A stretch of DNA of 64,000 nucleotides, taken from Tubiluchus corallicola. Lineage: Eukaryota > Animalia > Priapulida. Numbering within the stretch: the stretch's first letter is position 1; each line of letters starts with the position of its first letter. Of this stretch, positions 28,935 through 40,809 are shown piece by piece. The position numbers were made by a program, and so were the translations under genes. The DNA is taken from positions 662,065-726,064 of the forward strand of contig JAQGDQ010000032.1 of the NCBI GenBank assembly GCA_030141605.1. Reading direction: 5' to 3'. The notes beneath the pieces are model-generated. The model did not search any database, was not told the DNA's origin, and saw nothing but the letters and a program-made list of their open reading frames with translations.

Positions 28935-29353
28935 TCATACTTGAGTAGGCGTTGGCATCGGCACAGGTTTAAAACTGTTCATCATATTGTTATAAGAGTT
29001 TGACCGACGCCTATTATGATGCAAGAATGTCTCCTCCGCGGGAGAGCTGGCTCTCGCTTGTCCATGTCCACGACGCAAGGAGCCTCTTCTTGGACTGTGG
29101 TATCCAGTATGGAAACCTCCGTGGAAGCCAATGTCATAACCTGGTGAGGGTAAGGGTCCTAGCGACCGGATTGAGCTGTTCGTCCGGCTGTTTCGTTGCA
29201 GCGACGGTGAATGTTCTAACTGTCGAAGTTGGAGGTTGGTGTCTTCTTGAATCTTTTTCGGAGTTCTCCGACGCCAGATGATGAAGGCGATGATTAAAGC
29301 TAAGATTAACAGGGAACCTGCTACACAGATTCCAATCATAAGAGGATAATAGC
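28935..29353 (-). CDS. CUB/LDLa single-pass receptor (NETO/LEV-10-like), last exon: TM helix and cytoplasmic tail ending PTPTQV*
   Basis: Minus-strand acceptor tttgtttcttttag|GC, phase 1, completing the last LDLa Cys. TM segment LMIGICVAGSLLILALIIAFIIW, then RRR stop-transfer and a C-terminal class I PDZ-type motif T-Q-V. Confidence 0.88.
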
Positions 29354-31275
29354 CTAAAAGAAACAAACAAATTATTACGGAACACACGCTAGAGACGCTT
29401 TACTATGGGGTGGGTAGTTGGTGATAAAAGAAGATTTGTCACTTTAGATTTTGACTCTTAATTAATGATCACAATACTTAAATAATAATTTCTCAAAATA
29501 ATATGTAAGGCTAGTGGTTGTAAATTGGTAACACTTTGCTATATGCAATAAACAATAGTAGAAGTTAAGATCGACATAGCATGCACTAACACAGCCACTA
29601 TAACTATTACCACCACAACAGCCACATTCACATTTACTACATCACTATCACTATCATTATCACCGTGAAACCATAATTTGTCTCATTATCATGATACGCT
29701 TCACATGACATTGCAGCAAATGCATCACCTATGTTAAACCTACTAAATTTTTAGATAAATCTTGTTGAATACCATACATGTATATGCACAGTTATGCACA
29801 TGTTTAATATGATAAAGAATAGGTAGAAACGTCAGGGAATTAATAATGATGAAATTTGTCTGGGCATATACTATTGTTCTCAGTACTACTTTACTTCTAT
29901 AGGTTCTTGTACTTTATACAAACTTATTACTCCTTAGACAGACTTCATCTATAATTCACAGTACACAAGAAATGATGCTTTAGGCAAATTTGCCACGTCT
30001 TGCATAATTTAAATACGAATTACTTTCCTGCAGGACGAAACGCAACAATCAAGAAGAGAGATAACTGCCAGAGTTTTATTTCTAACAGGAAAAACAAAAG
30101 TGACATGATGGTAGGTTGTTCAAACTTCAAATCGTGAAGATGCTTATTATGCAAGTATCACATATTCTAGTACTATACCCAACTTTTCTGATTACTGCTT
30201 GGCAACCTTACCGTTTAGTTCCTTCTTGCCTGCATGTTTTATCTGCCAACCTATCTACATACCTAGGGTTTATTTGTTTATCGGAAAACGTAACAGAAAA
30301 TTTGAAGCAAGCACTTATTTATTAAATCCCTCGCGTGTTTGAACAGTCACACAATAGGCTTAAAATAGTCTGAAAGAAAACGCTACGTTACTGAATTTGA
30401 TTAAACTTTTATTCGCCAATCGGAATCCGATTATATATGACTGTATCCCTGAAAACTTAATTATAAAGACAAACTACGTTACCACGTTGCCAGGATGCAG
30501 GTCTTGCACTAACTATTTACTGTATGACAAGACTAAATGACAGGTTGTATAAGAAATGGTAACACTAACGGTAATAAACATGAGCTATGAATTGTATTTT
30601 GTACGTTTCCACTGTCGTAACAACCATCGTCATCAAATTAAAACCCAGGACAGTCGAAACGTTCAAAATAAAGTTCAAAGCTGATGTTTATTGCGTCGTT
30701 GGTGTTACTACATTAAACTTCGATGCCTGCCTAATAAAAGGGTGTAAATCAGTTTTTTGTCACAATTTCCAGGTCAGCAAATTACAGTGAATAATAATTA
30801 TTTATAAGACACTTGAGAAAATACTGTACCACATATATGCTGTAATGTACAAAAATCTCAGTTTTTCGACATGCAAGTATTTGGGCTTTAGCGAAATATT
30901 TTTGAAAACCGTCTTTGATATTCTAGATATTTATTGTTTTTAATAAAAATGGATAAGATTGACCATCTGTTTACAGGTCAAAAATTAAATACACTATAAA
31001 TGCCTTTCTTTCTCTTTCTTTTTTCCTTTACAGGATTTTGTGATGCTGATTAAGCCTTCTTTATTTTATTCTAACCAAGTCATTACTTCTTTAACACGAA
31101 AGGTGATTCAAAGGTCATCGACTGAAACAATGTTATTTGTAAGCCATAGCAGCCAGCAGGTGATATCTGTGAAAAGTGAACTTTGCAGACATTCATAATC
31201 CCACACGCCAAGATTTATAGCACCAATATGGACAGACAGACATTATTATTCCTACTGAGCAAAACAATAACTTAC

Positions 31276-31431
31276 ACGAAGATTCATCACTGTCATCGGC
31301 TTCTCCGCAGTTTGGTACGCCATTGCAGACCAGTGAGGGGTCTATACAGTAACGAGTCCTTAGATGACACAGTTTTTTTGCTTTATCTAGGCATACTCTG
31401 CCACCGTCGCAGTAAAAATGTGGACAACTCG
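31276..31431 (-). CDS. CUB/LDLa receptor exon: LDL-receptor class A domain
   Basis: tag|CG ... TCG T|gtaagt, 156 nt, phase 1-1. Encodes SCPHFYCDGGRVCLDKAKKLCHLRTRYCIDPSLVCNGVPNCGEADDSDESS, with the CI...VCNG..NC...SDE LDLa signature. Confidence 0.9.
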
Positions 31432-32059
31432 CTAGAATAAAATGAAAACAAGATGTTAACAGAAATATTAGCAAATTGCAATGCAACTTTACTTTAAGAC
31501 TAGAAAGTAGCCGAATGCTTGCCTGCGAATTTGTGTAACATCAGGTCTAGGTAGTAAATGGGTTGGTAATTGTGTTGAAAATAATTTCTCGGTGATTTCT
31601 TGTGGCTTGACTGTAATTGCATGACTATGAAACAAAGCTGGCTAATAAAATAAACCCACATAATATTAATTAGACTACACATACACATATGATTATGTAT
31701 ATTAATATATAATTGTATATTTTTCATATATAAAAAATTATTTACTTCCTACAGTACAGTTTCACATAGGGTAAAGCACAACATGTTAATAGAAGTCAAT
31801 CCGAATATTAGTGATTGCCATGACGTTTGCAAGTAGATGTAATTAAATATCTAAATTTATGCATATAGCCTACTTTTCAGTCCATATATAATTAATGAAA
31901 AGTCCATGTGACACGTTATAACACACCAGTATGATAATTTTGCATGAATTTATACACAGTTTCAAGTAATTGCAATTGTAATTGTTTCATGTAATTTAAA
32001 GACTGAATAGTATAGAGTTCATCACTGTTGAAGTATTAGCCACTGATACTTTCTGGAAA

Positions 32060-32450
32060 AGAACATTCACACAAGGCGTCGTTCAATAGCAGGCGGGTCT
32101 AGACAACAATGACACATTCTGCTTTCTCTGGGTGTTACTGGCGTATTCCATCGACCAAGCTCAATGGCTAAATTATGAGCAGAAAGTCTCGTTCTACACC
32201 ATTGAAACCGGTATCTCTTATTGTAGCATAACTTTGTACTATGTACAGGATTGCGTTCGACATCAGGATTCATACGCTTGTATACTGCAACGTACTGTTG
32301 TTGGGTTCATTGAATAGAGCATTCTTTCTTTGTGAAATGTCAGATAGTACAGGGTTTTTACGCACACTTCAGAAATATAATTAGCAAACTGGCATCCAGA
32401 GTTCTGGCAAAGTATCATTGTACTGCAATATTTAAAACAAGCTAAATGCA
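32060..32450 (-). mobile_element. Decayed LINE ORF2 C-terminal fragment
   Basis: RTRLSAHNLAIELGRWNTPVTPRESRMCHCC matches the R.S.H.L.IE.GR......R.C..C motif that precedes the C-terminal zinc knuckle of many invertebrate LINEs. Confidence 0.7.
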
Positions 32451-34020
32451 AATTAATTTAATTTTTAGTAAGATGACAATAAACGGCTCACTCTTTCACA
32501 CCAATAACCTTTAACTATTTACTTGTAGGCCTAACTGCAGGTGTACCGATTTTGAATATCAGAATGTTACTTAAAATATTTCAAATTTTTTATACTAATA
32601 TAATAATTTATAAAATGTATAAAGCCGAATGATTTTTTTATTACCAGTGCCACTATTATCTGGATTTGTAGAGACTTGCTTTATAAATCTAAACGTTTCC
32701 ATGTGTTCATTTTGTCACAATACAATTTAAATAACGTACCAGACTAAAGCGTATCTGCTGAAATTCGTTTTTCAAAACTGAAAACTGCTGACAAAGGTCG
32801 CTTGTCATTTGATACAATGAACATTTTGCAGAACCGCAATATAAATTATTGAATGCACGCGAACTGTCAAGAATTACTATCGCTCAGTGTAAAGTGAGTG
32901 TAGTTAACGTATCTGACTTCAGAAATACGGTGTCAGTGGAAATGATAGACCCCCAATTCCGAAGAGTCATCACAAGTAGATATAAATGTGTTTTTGATAT
33001 TTCTTATGATAGCTCCTTTTTTATAATTTTTTTTATATGTTTCGCAAAATCCTTTACACATTTTATTGTCAGAAAACAAAAATTAACGAAATTATTGAAG
33101 AAATGAATCATGCCACAATTCTCATTGAAACACAAACACGAATCGTAATCTCTGTCCATTTATGGACCTTGAATGTGCGAACAATGGCAGGACCAGCGCA
33201 AAATGAAATGCTTGTAGTTCCGAACGTTTTTTGGGAAATACTTTAAAATTTCCATTTCTTCCTCTTTGAACAATTAACCATATAGTTATGAGCCTAAAAT
33301 ACAATGGGTGAGACCATTGTAATGAGTGAAACAAGTGGAGCTTAACACTGCGTGGAAATTGTGCGTATGATGACTAGTACGGTTGGGTGGGTAACATTAA
33401 TGACTGAAAGCACGCAATACAATAATTTTATAACTAAGTTATTTACCCGTGGTTTTCTTCTTTGAACCTTGCAAACCTAATCTTTCATAAAAATGTGTAA
33501 ACTTGAATAGATTTCATTTTAGCAATTATGGAATTGTGTGCTTTCAACCACTAATGTTATCTACTAAACAATAGCCAATAAAGCGCGCACTTTTCGTGTT
33601 GTGGTCATTATACACCAGGTTGTCTACTATAATAGTTCCAGTGTCTTCAAATTGAACGGAGCCCGCCCGCGCTTGCTAATAGACGAAATCACAACACGTG
33701 TGCTGTGACAGGTTAGACATTTTAACAGACACTATCATAACACAACATTTTCTCTTTTCTTTTGGATTCCGCATTTTTTTGGTAATTCTTAAGGTCTGCT
33801 CAAGAATTTGCTATTTTTTCTACTGGCTTCATACGACAATCACTTTATCAGAGATTAAACGTAGGATACACGTATAAGCGCCTTTTTGAGGTTGCAAATC
33901 AACACGACGCAGAATGCTCTGGAGTTAATCGCTTAACTGTTTTGTCTGAGGTTCCAACCCACCTGAGGTTTCCTTTACCCCGTTCGGTATTGTATAGCCA
34001 AGAAAAATGAGTAAATTTAA

Positions 34021-34549
34021 AGAAAAGACAAGTCGCTTAGCATTTTTGGTTTATTTTATTGTTATAAGTCAAACTTGGAAAAATATAACAAAGAAATTCG
34101 CAAAAAACTGCCTATAAAGCATAAAGTTAGTTAATACTACCGCTTTATACAAATTCTCAGACGCGGTGGTTACCGCCATTCACTTCAAAATTATGTAATT
34201 GGTGGACTTAGTGACTTTTCGCAAGCGCATCGTGGCTTTCCATACGCACGGACTGCTTAAACTAATTCAAACTTCCGCAGCTTGTCTAATGTTCATGCAA
34301 AAATATCATAAAATTAGCTATCTAATTTTTTGTAAAAACTTATTATACTTTTAATAGAAATTGACAGTGCGCAGCTTTTCTTCGGCCAATGAACGACGTC
34401 ATTGATGGAAAAATGGGAGTGTCAGAGCTTGAAATGATCGCGACTTTAAAGTGATTTTGCCAATTACACGAGGCGCTCATCACATTTTTATTACGAAATT
34501 CTTCTAACATTGAAATAAGCCTAACTTCCCGGAAGGCTTGGTCTTTCCT
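34021..34549 (-). mobile_element. ~530 bp non-autonomous DNA transposon (MITE family A) with TTAA target site, Kolobok-like termini
   Basis: Flanked by TTAA at 34017-34020 and 34550-34553. Imperfect TIRs AGAAAAGACAAG and (reverse complement) AGGAAAGACCAAG. Homologous to 15870-16360 and 35592-36095. Confidence 0.75.
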
Positions 34550-35160
34550 TTAATCACTCAATTTTGTTGGAATTCTGTCCATTATAATCATAGTCACTAC
34601 AAGCCTGCACATTATTATCTTTTATTTTATGATCTCAATTTTACCGTCGAGGTTATTAGGCTTAAGCTAGAAATGAAATGCATATATTATAAACAGAATG
34701 CTTTGTTATATGAATGTAATGAATCCAAGCTTCCATTTGAAGAGAGCTATAGTTAATTAATTGTTAATTCACACTAAACTTATCAATTAAAATTTGGCAT
34801 CAAAAATGGCAACGATAATGAGAACGTTAAATTATTCTATGTCCATCACAGCAAGTCATCTAAACAATACTTAGGCAAGAAGGATACGTGGTAACCAATG
34901 GTTATTAATGCACGTTGGTATGAATAACACTTCATAATGGTGTATTATTGTAATTCGTAAGTTTATAATAATTATATTAGTCAATAGCGTTTCTGCTTTG
35001 TGTTGGTAATCCTTGGAGATCGGGTAATTCCAGGAAATGATGTATAATGGCGTTGTACGTCAACAAGCTATACTGCACTAATTGTAGAAAACGAACATTG
35101 ATCTCTGTGGAGGGCGTCATATCAACAGTTTTTGCTCATGACTTACGTTTTGGCTTCACT

Positions 35161-35227
35161 ATGTTTAAGCAAATAGTGGTTATTATTTTTATAGTTTACA
35201 TCAGTGATTCAAGTTCGGCACTTACAC
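35161..35227 (+). CDS. Nested secreted protein, exon 1: signal peptide MFKQIVVIIFIVYISDSSSALT
   Basis: ATG at 35161; n/h/c regions of a signal peptide; strong donor C|gtaagt (phase 1) joining exon 2 as ...SSALTPATCSHL. Confidence 0.7.
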
Positions 35228-35591
35228 GTAAGTACGCAAAGTAAAATGTAATTGATGAATTTGACATTAGGACAACACATGTGATACGTAATATGAGCAA
35301 GCAAAAAAGCAATCTGAGTATAATTGAGTAATTACGTGTTTTATAAATTAGACCGAAGTTGTAGCAGTTACAACAAAATTCTTCATTTCGTATGGGAACA
35401 GTATTTTTATAGTCAGCAGTCAACTATCGTTGCTCTTCACAACTGTGCAAACTTCTAGAGTAGCAAACATAAAATGCAAAAAAGTACAAGACAAACAAAG
35501 TTAGAAACGTTGCTACCAGAAGCAAGCCGTGGCTGACATCTAACTATACATATCCAGTTATCCACAACAATGATTTTGAGATTTTTATAAA

Positions 35592-36095
35592 AGGAAAGGC
35601 CAAGCCTTCTGGGACGTTGGGCTTACTTCAATGTTTGCAAAAAATGTTGGAAAGATTTAGTAATAAAAGTAGTGATCACCGCCTCGTGTAATTAGTAAAA
35701 TCACCTTAAAGTTGCGATCATTTCATGCTTGGGCGCTCCTATTTTGAACGCCCATTTTTTCCACCAAAGATGTTTTTCATCGGCTGAAGAAAAGCAGAGT
35801 ACCGTCAAAAGTATAATAAGCTTTTACAAAAAATTAGATAGGTAATTTTGTAATATTTTTGAGTGTACACTAAGTAAGCTGCAGAAGTTTGAATTAGTTT
35901 AAGCCACGTAGTCCACCATTTACATCATATTTCCAAGACGATGACGGCTACAAACGTGCATGACAATTGCTATAGCGGTAGTATAAATTAACGTTACGCT
36001 TGACAGATTTTTTTTGCAAATTTTTTTGTTACATTTTTCTAAGTTCAAGTGAGAACAGTAAAATAAAGCCAACAAGCTAAACGACTTGTCCTTTA
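35592..36095 (+). mobile_element. MITE family A copy in intron 1 of the nested gene, inverted relative to the 34021-34549 copy
   Basis: Shared blocks include cgcctcgtgtaattagtaaaatcac, ttttacaaaaaattagata, agtttgaattagtttaagc and terminal cgacttgtc. Confidence 0.75.
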
Positions 36096-36191
36096 TTTAA
36101 GCAAAATAAAATTTGTAAATGTTTTTTTATAATGCAATGATCAATGGCGTGCCTAATTGTATCCTAGAATAAAATCATGGGCGGTAAAAAA

Positions 36192-36299
36192 GATAGTTTA
36201 ATGTAGGAATGTATAGCAATATAATATGTCAGCTCCAATAGCTATGATAGTTTAATGTAGGAATGTATAGCCATATAATATGTAAGCTCCAATAGCTAT
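36192..36299. repeat. 54-bp tandem duplication
   Basis: gatagtttaatgtaggaatgtatagc(a/c)atataatatgt(c/a)agctccaatagctat twice, with 2 mismatches. Confidence 0.9.
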
Positions 36300-36333
36300 G
36301 AGTCGTTTAGACTTGTTTTATTACTTATTACAG

Positions 36334-36494
36334 CAGCCACTTGTTCGCATTTAATATACAATGGCGTAAGTACTCCAGGCATTTATACAATTGACCCTGA
36401 CGGAGTTGGTGGATTGGACCCTTTTTCAGTTTACTGCGATTTAACAAATGGTTATACCATCGTCAACCATTCCTTGACCGGCAAACCAACCACG
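36334..36494 (+). CDS. Nested secreted protein, exon 2: start of a Caspr/neurexin-IV-type fibrinogen-like domain (ATCSHLIYNGVSTPGIYTIDPDGVGGLDPFSVYCDLTNGYTIVNH)
   Basis: NAGNAG acceptor ttacag/cag (36333/36336) and donor ACG|gtattt. The G.Y.IDPDG.G...PF.VYC motif is typical of CNTNAP/neurexin IV/axotactin fibrinogen-like modules. Confidence 0.85.
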
Positions 36495-36569
36495 GTATTT
36501 GTTTATAATAATAATAATGATGGTAAGAATAGAAATATAATAACAATAGCAACAGCAATGGCAACAACG

Positions 36570-36576
36570 CAACAGC

Positions 36577-36666
<90 letters not shown>

Positions 36667-36710
36667 AACAATAACAATAACAATAACAATAACAACAACA
36701 ACAACAACAA
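36570..36710. repeat. (CAA)n/(CAATAA)n microsatellite in intron 2 of the nested gene
   Basis: Direct reading; lies downstream of the exon 2 donor at 36495. Confidence 0.95.
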
Positions 36711-37034
36711 GAGGATAGCTGACACACGATATAATCGTTTGAATAAAATATTTCTAATATTTCCAATATGTGCAACCGAAAGTATTTTATAAAGATTTAG
36801 TTTTGCTTTACTGTGGCCGCATTTTTTTCTTAGTATAAAAAGAGTTCCAGATGTTTTCGGTGAAAATATAACAATAGCCAAGGTTGTTGACTAAGCCGAA
36901 GCCTCTTTAAGTAAACTGCAAAAGCGAATAAAGATGAGCTGAAGAATTTCGAAGCTGATGGTTAAGATCACAAGTATATCTGCAAAGGAATGAAAATTGG
37001 ACACGTAGTTAATAAGAAATACATTTTGTTTAAG

Positions 37035-37175
37035 GTGCAAGGTTGTTCAGAACCTGGCTGCTTGAAATGGGATGTGGAATATGATGCTACGATGGCACAA
37101 ATCAAGGCACTGATAAAGGTCTCGCGTTTGTGTTGGCAAAATTTAGAATATCGCTGTGTTGGCTCTAGAATAAGG
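37035..37175 (+). CDS. Nested secreted protein, exon 3 (VQGCSEPGCLKWDVEYDATMAQIKALIKVSRLCWQNLEYRCVGSRIR)
   Basis: ttttgtttaag|GTG ... AGG|gtaaag, 141 nt, phase 0-0. Matches the Caspr-module pattern V.G...PG......Y.A.M.QI.ALI..S..C.Q...Y.C..SR. Confidence 0.85.
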
Positions 37176-37365
37176 GTAAAGTAAATAGTATTTACATAAC
37201 AGAATGAGTCTATTATGGCATAATTGCCATCCAAGTATATGTCATGACCACTCATCTGTTCATTCATTTTTCAACCTTTTTGAACGAATGGACAGCCTTG
37301 TTGTGATGTTTGTTTAATGTTATTCAAGCAAACTGATACTAAAAAATTCAAGTATTTTGTTATAG

Positions 37366-37627
37366 GACAGTAATACAAGAGAACAGTTTGCATGGCACAT
37401 CCTCGATGGAACACCCACCGAAAAATCTTACTGGACTTCTCGATGCCGTAATCCTCCATGCAAATGTCAGACAGGCAACATAACCATAGGACCGGAAATA
37501 AAAGTATATTCAACTGCTAAATGGCCTTCTACATCCAAAATGCTTCCTGTAAACAGTTTGTTCTTTGGAGATGTGGACGGAGAGAAATATGGAGAATTCA
37601 CATTTGAAAGTTTAATTTGCACCGGAG
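37366..37627 (+). CDS. Nested secreted protein, exon 4 (DSNTREQFAWH...SYW...CRNPPCKCQ...MLPVNSLFFGDVDGEKYGEFTFESLICTG)
   Basis: tttgttatag|GAC ... GGA G|gtattt, 262 nt, open frame, phase 0-1. LPV....FGD......G......L.C.G is the C-terminal signature of the Caspr fibrinogen-like domain. Not in the ORF track. Confidence 0.85.
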
Positions 37628-37762
37628 GTATTTGCCTGAGTTAGTGTCTACAGTGTAATAATACTAAGTCAATATCCAAAATGTTGACTTATGCGTTTTA
37701 GTTAAATATAACCTATAATAAAAACACAAAGTAGAGTAATAAACATTTTGTTTTGTCTTTAG

Positions 37763-38040
37763 CTAACCTTTTACTTGGAATAAGTCCTGCAATCAGAGCA
37801 ACAAACATACCAATAAACACAGACGCGGTGTCACTGGGCATTCTGACTGATGAAGATGAAAACACTTGCATGTATCTACCTGAGAACATTCTTGGCGACC
37901 ACGCCCTGCCTCACTTGTTTCACATCGTTTTTACTTTGCCAAAGGCAGTGGGTAACTTTCACGTTGGAGTTTTGACGAAAGACATGGGAGATGATTGTGG
38001 ATATGGCATCGGTCAATGTGGTGGAATTTCTCTTGTGCAG
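37763..38040 (+). CDS. Nested secreted protein, exon 5 (ANLLLG...LTDEDENTC...CGYGIGQCGGISLVQ)
   Basis: ttttgtctttag|CT ... CAG|gtaatg, 278 nt, phase 1-0, open frame. Confidence 0.8.
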
Positions 38041-38309
38041 GTAATGATAATACTCGTCATTTATGTGTATTACTTAATAAGCAATTTCAATTCCTCTTTT
38101 TGTGACTCCAAAATATTAATTATTAATCAGAAATTCTGGGCCACGCTAGACACAAGAAAATCCTCCACTTGCACAAAGCTCAAAAAATTCATTTTGAAAT
38201 TTATACCACTTACATACTGCCTTTTTGCATGCTGGGCTTGCGTCGGCAGTGACGCTGTATAAAACATGTAAATTTAAACTCCTGCGATGACCGTTAGGCG
38301 CAGCCATCT

Positions 38310-38790
38310 TAATAGTAAGTCGTTTGAAACAAGTTTAGATAACATTGTGTGAAGCTTGAAAAATAATCAGAGCATGCGTAACACACATGTTAGTAACTAA
38401 GTAAAATTGTAAATTACTGTATTACTGCAATAAAATTAAAAATATATTTTGGTTAGTGAGTGGCGCACCCTGGAGGGTGAGCCAGCGACATTTTACCATT
38501 TGGCAAGAACATTTTAAATTAATATTTCTAGTTACATAAGTCTTTTCAGCAGGTAAGCGAAATGCTAAGCAATATAGATTTGCACGGAAAGCTTTTGGGA
38601 CATTTGGGCGTAAGTGACGTCATGCAATGGCGCCGTCGAAACAGTATTGCGGGAGATTTAAAATGAAAACAAACAAAAATTCCTTTTAACGCGAGTACGA
38701 TATACGCAGAGAATTACTGTAAAGTAATATAATTTTTAAGGCGATTTTTATGAAACCCACTTCAGGTACCCCTTTTCTTGTCCTTTAAAG
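38310..38790 (+). repeat. Dispersed repeat family B, copy 1
   Basis: Collinear similarity to 55375-55700: gtaagtcgtttgaaacaag, ataacattg..tgaag.ttgaaaaataatcagag, agtgg.gcac.ct.ga, atgctaag.aatata and gaaagctttt. Confidence 0.65.
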
Positions 38791-39339
38791 CAAAACCGGA
38801 CCCAACTGTGTCGGAATAATCTGCTCTTTAAAATATTGAAAGGAAACACACTATTTTTTGCAGAATTCCTTACGCGAAAGAATTATTACCGCAAAAACGC
38901 AATTTCGCGTTCGAGCCACTAGCTCTTCGCTGTTACATGCATTTCGCCATTCTCTAGTTAGACGAGCACTAGCGCCTGCATTTTGAAAACTCATGCGTTG
39001 CACAGCGGTAAATTTGAAATTTGAATTTTTACCTTAAAACTTACCGAGTTTTATTACCACACGCCGAATCTCTTACAGTAGCACTGTGATTCAATTTTTT
39101 CTTTCACAAACACGTGCAAGACGCTCGTGGAATATTTTTGCTGTTAAAAATCATGTTCGTTTGTGATGTCATCAATAGTTGGCTTGCCCGCCGTTAATTA
39201 AGATGTTAATCTATTATTTACCTATCAAAAACGCTTTTCCAGTATTATTGGTGTTAAAAATGTATAATACTTTTAACGTACTTGAAAATGCGTTAGTATA
39301 CGAAAAATCATTCTCTCTTCCTTTGCAGTTTTGAATTAG

Positions 39340-40036
39340 TTAGTTAGTAAATATAGAAACATCTCATTCAGTTCATTTCTAGTGAAACCATCAATAAATA
39401 ATTCATGTTGACAGACCCAGTATGTTTGATACACTAGTCTTTCTTCTGCGCTATAATTTAAATCCATTTCTTTACTTTTATAAAAAATTCTATTTTTACT
39501 TAGAGTGGTTAGACTTGAGAGAACCATTCAGAATGCTCAATGACAATAGAATTTCGCTGTTACATTGACTAATGCGTTTGTACATCTTTAAAATGATCTT
39601 TTACAAAAAATGCTAATTTGAAAAATAGTTTCGGCTATGCAACGTGCCACATTTGAATGGGAGTTGTACGGAATAGCTAAAATTCGAATCTTGCAAAGAT
39701 ATTCTAAATTCCACTGCTATCAACTTAATGTTACTATCAGCTAGACAAAAAATACCATTATCATAAAATGTACAGCAATACGAAAAGAACAATTTTAGCA
39801 AAACCCTTTAGCAGAATTAGTTTTAAAAAACACAACATTGAATTTAGAGATTTAATAAAATCTTGTTTACAATGAATAGCGTCAGTATTTTGATCTAAAC
39901 AGTAGTTAAGACAATGTCCCAAGTGATCAACTTCGTCATACCATTTCAATCTAGTTCCATTAACAATAATCATAGGGCTATTGTATTGCTGGTGTTTTCT
40001 GAAATGTATACATGGCGATTTTCCCAAATTGATCAA
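39340..40036 (-). mobile_element. Decayed LINE fragment (RT C-terminus and downstream) inside intron 5 of the nested gene
   Basis: KSPCIHF...IIVNGTRLKWYDEVDHLGHCLNYCLDQNTD and LKLFFSYCCTFY resemble the same broad LINE type as 16923-17500. Stops and frameshifts present. Confidence 0.7.
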
Positions 40037-40809
40037 GATATCATGTTATTATACGTGCGTCTCATTTTGGAGTATACTTGACTTGAAAATCTTTTTTTCG
40101 ATGCTAAATGCGGTCAATGTTACTTTCGTACCGCCGATAAGTCAGAACCAGTATGTATAGAGAGTCTTTACACGATGGCTTTTAACCTGCATTTTCATAC
40201 AGATGTAAACTTTATAGTCTTCAAATATAGACATATATTATAGATATTATAGTCTTCAAATATAAATCTGGAGCCTCTGAAATTGCGTGGTGTTAGATAC
40301 AATCCTATCACGGGTTTTCACAATGGTTACGACCAACCTAGTCTTGACCGATTTGGCTGTTTTGGCTGATTAAAAAAGTAGTTTGCATCATATTCAGAAT
40401 TTAAAGTTATTACACCACCAAAACAGACAGTTTATTTATTGTACAGGTAGGCCACCGTGATAGAATAAAGTCAGATTAAAGTTAAGCCTGCAATAAACCA
40501 TTAACAAACAGAGCCAAATGTTCCAGGATAATTAAAGCACAGGAAAACACCATCCTTACATAAAGGTAAAAACTGTCGTCGTAAAATTTAAAATTTAAAA
40601 TTCCCTTTTCTTCCCTTAAACAAAATTTACTAAATTTATAGCTTACCATTATATAGTTACTATTTTTTTCTTTTGAATGGCGGATTCGCAAAGATATATC
40701 GTAAGATTACTTTTAAATTATCTGAATGTTAGTAAAGAAAAACATTGCTAGCGTGCGCGAATTTCTCGTAAGTGTAATTGTGTAAGGTAGAAAATTGTTT
40801 TTGTGACAG

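Noticed and set aside
33636-34010. Possible extra + strand exons upstream of the nested gene (donor near 33711, acceptor near 33793, ~70-codon open frame)
   Set aside because: I could not build a phase-consistent open model or recognise a domain. It may be non-coding or chance.
36414-36881. Poly-Q, poly-L and poly-C ORFs in the ORF track
   Set aside because: Artefacts of the intronic (CAA)n microsatellite; the real exon ends at the donor at 36494/36495.
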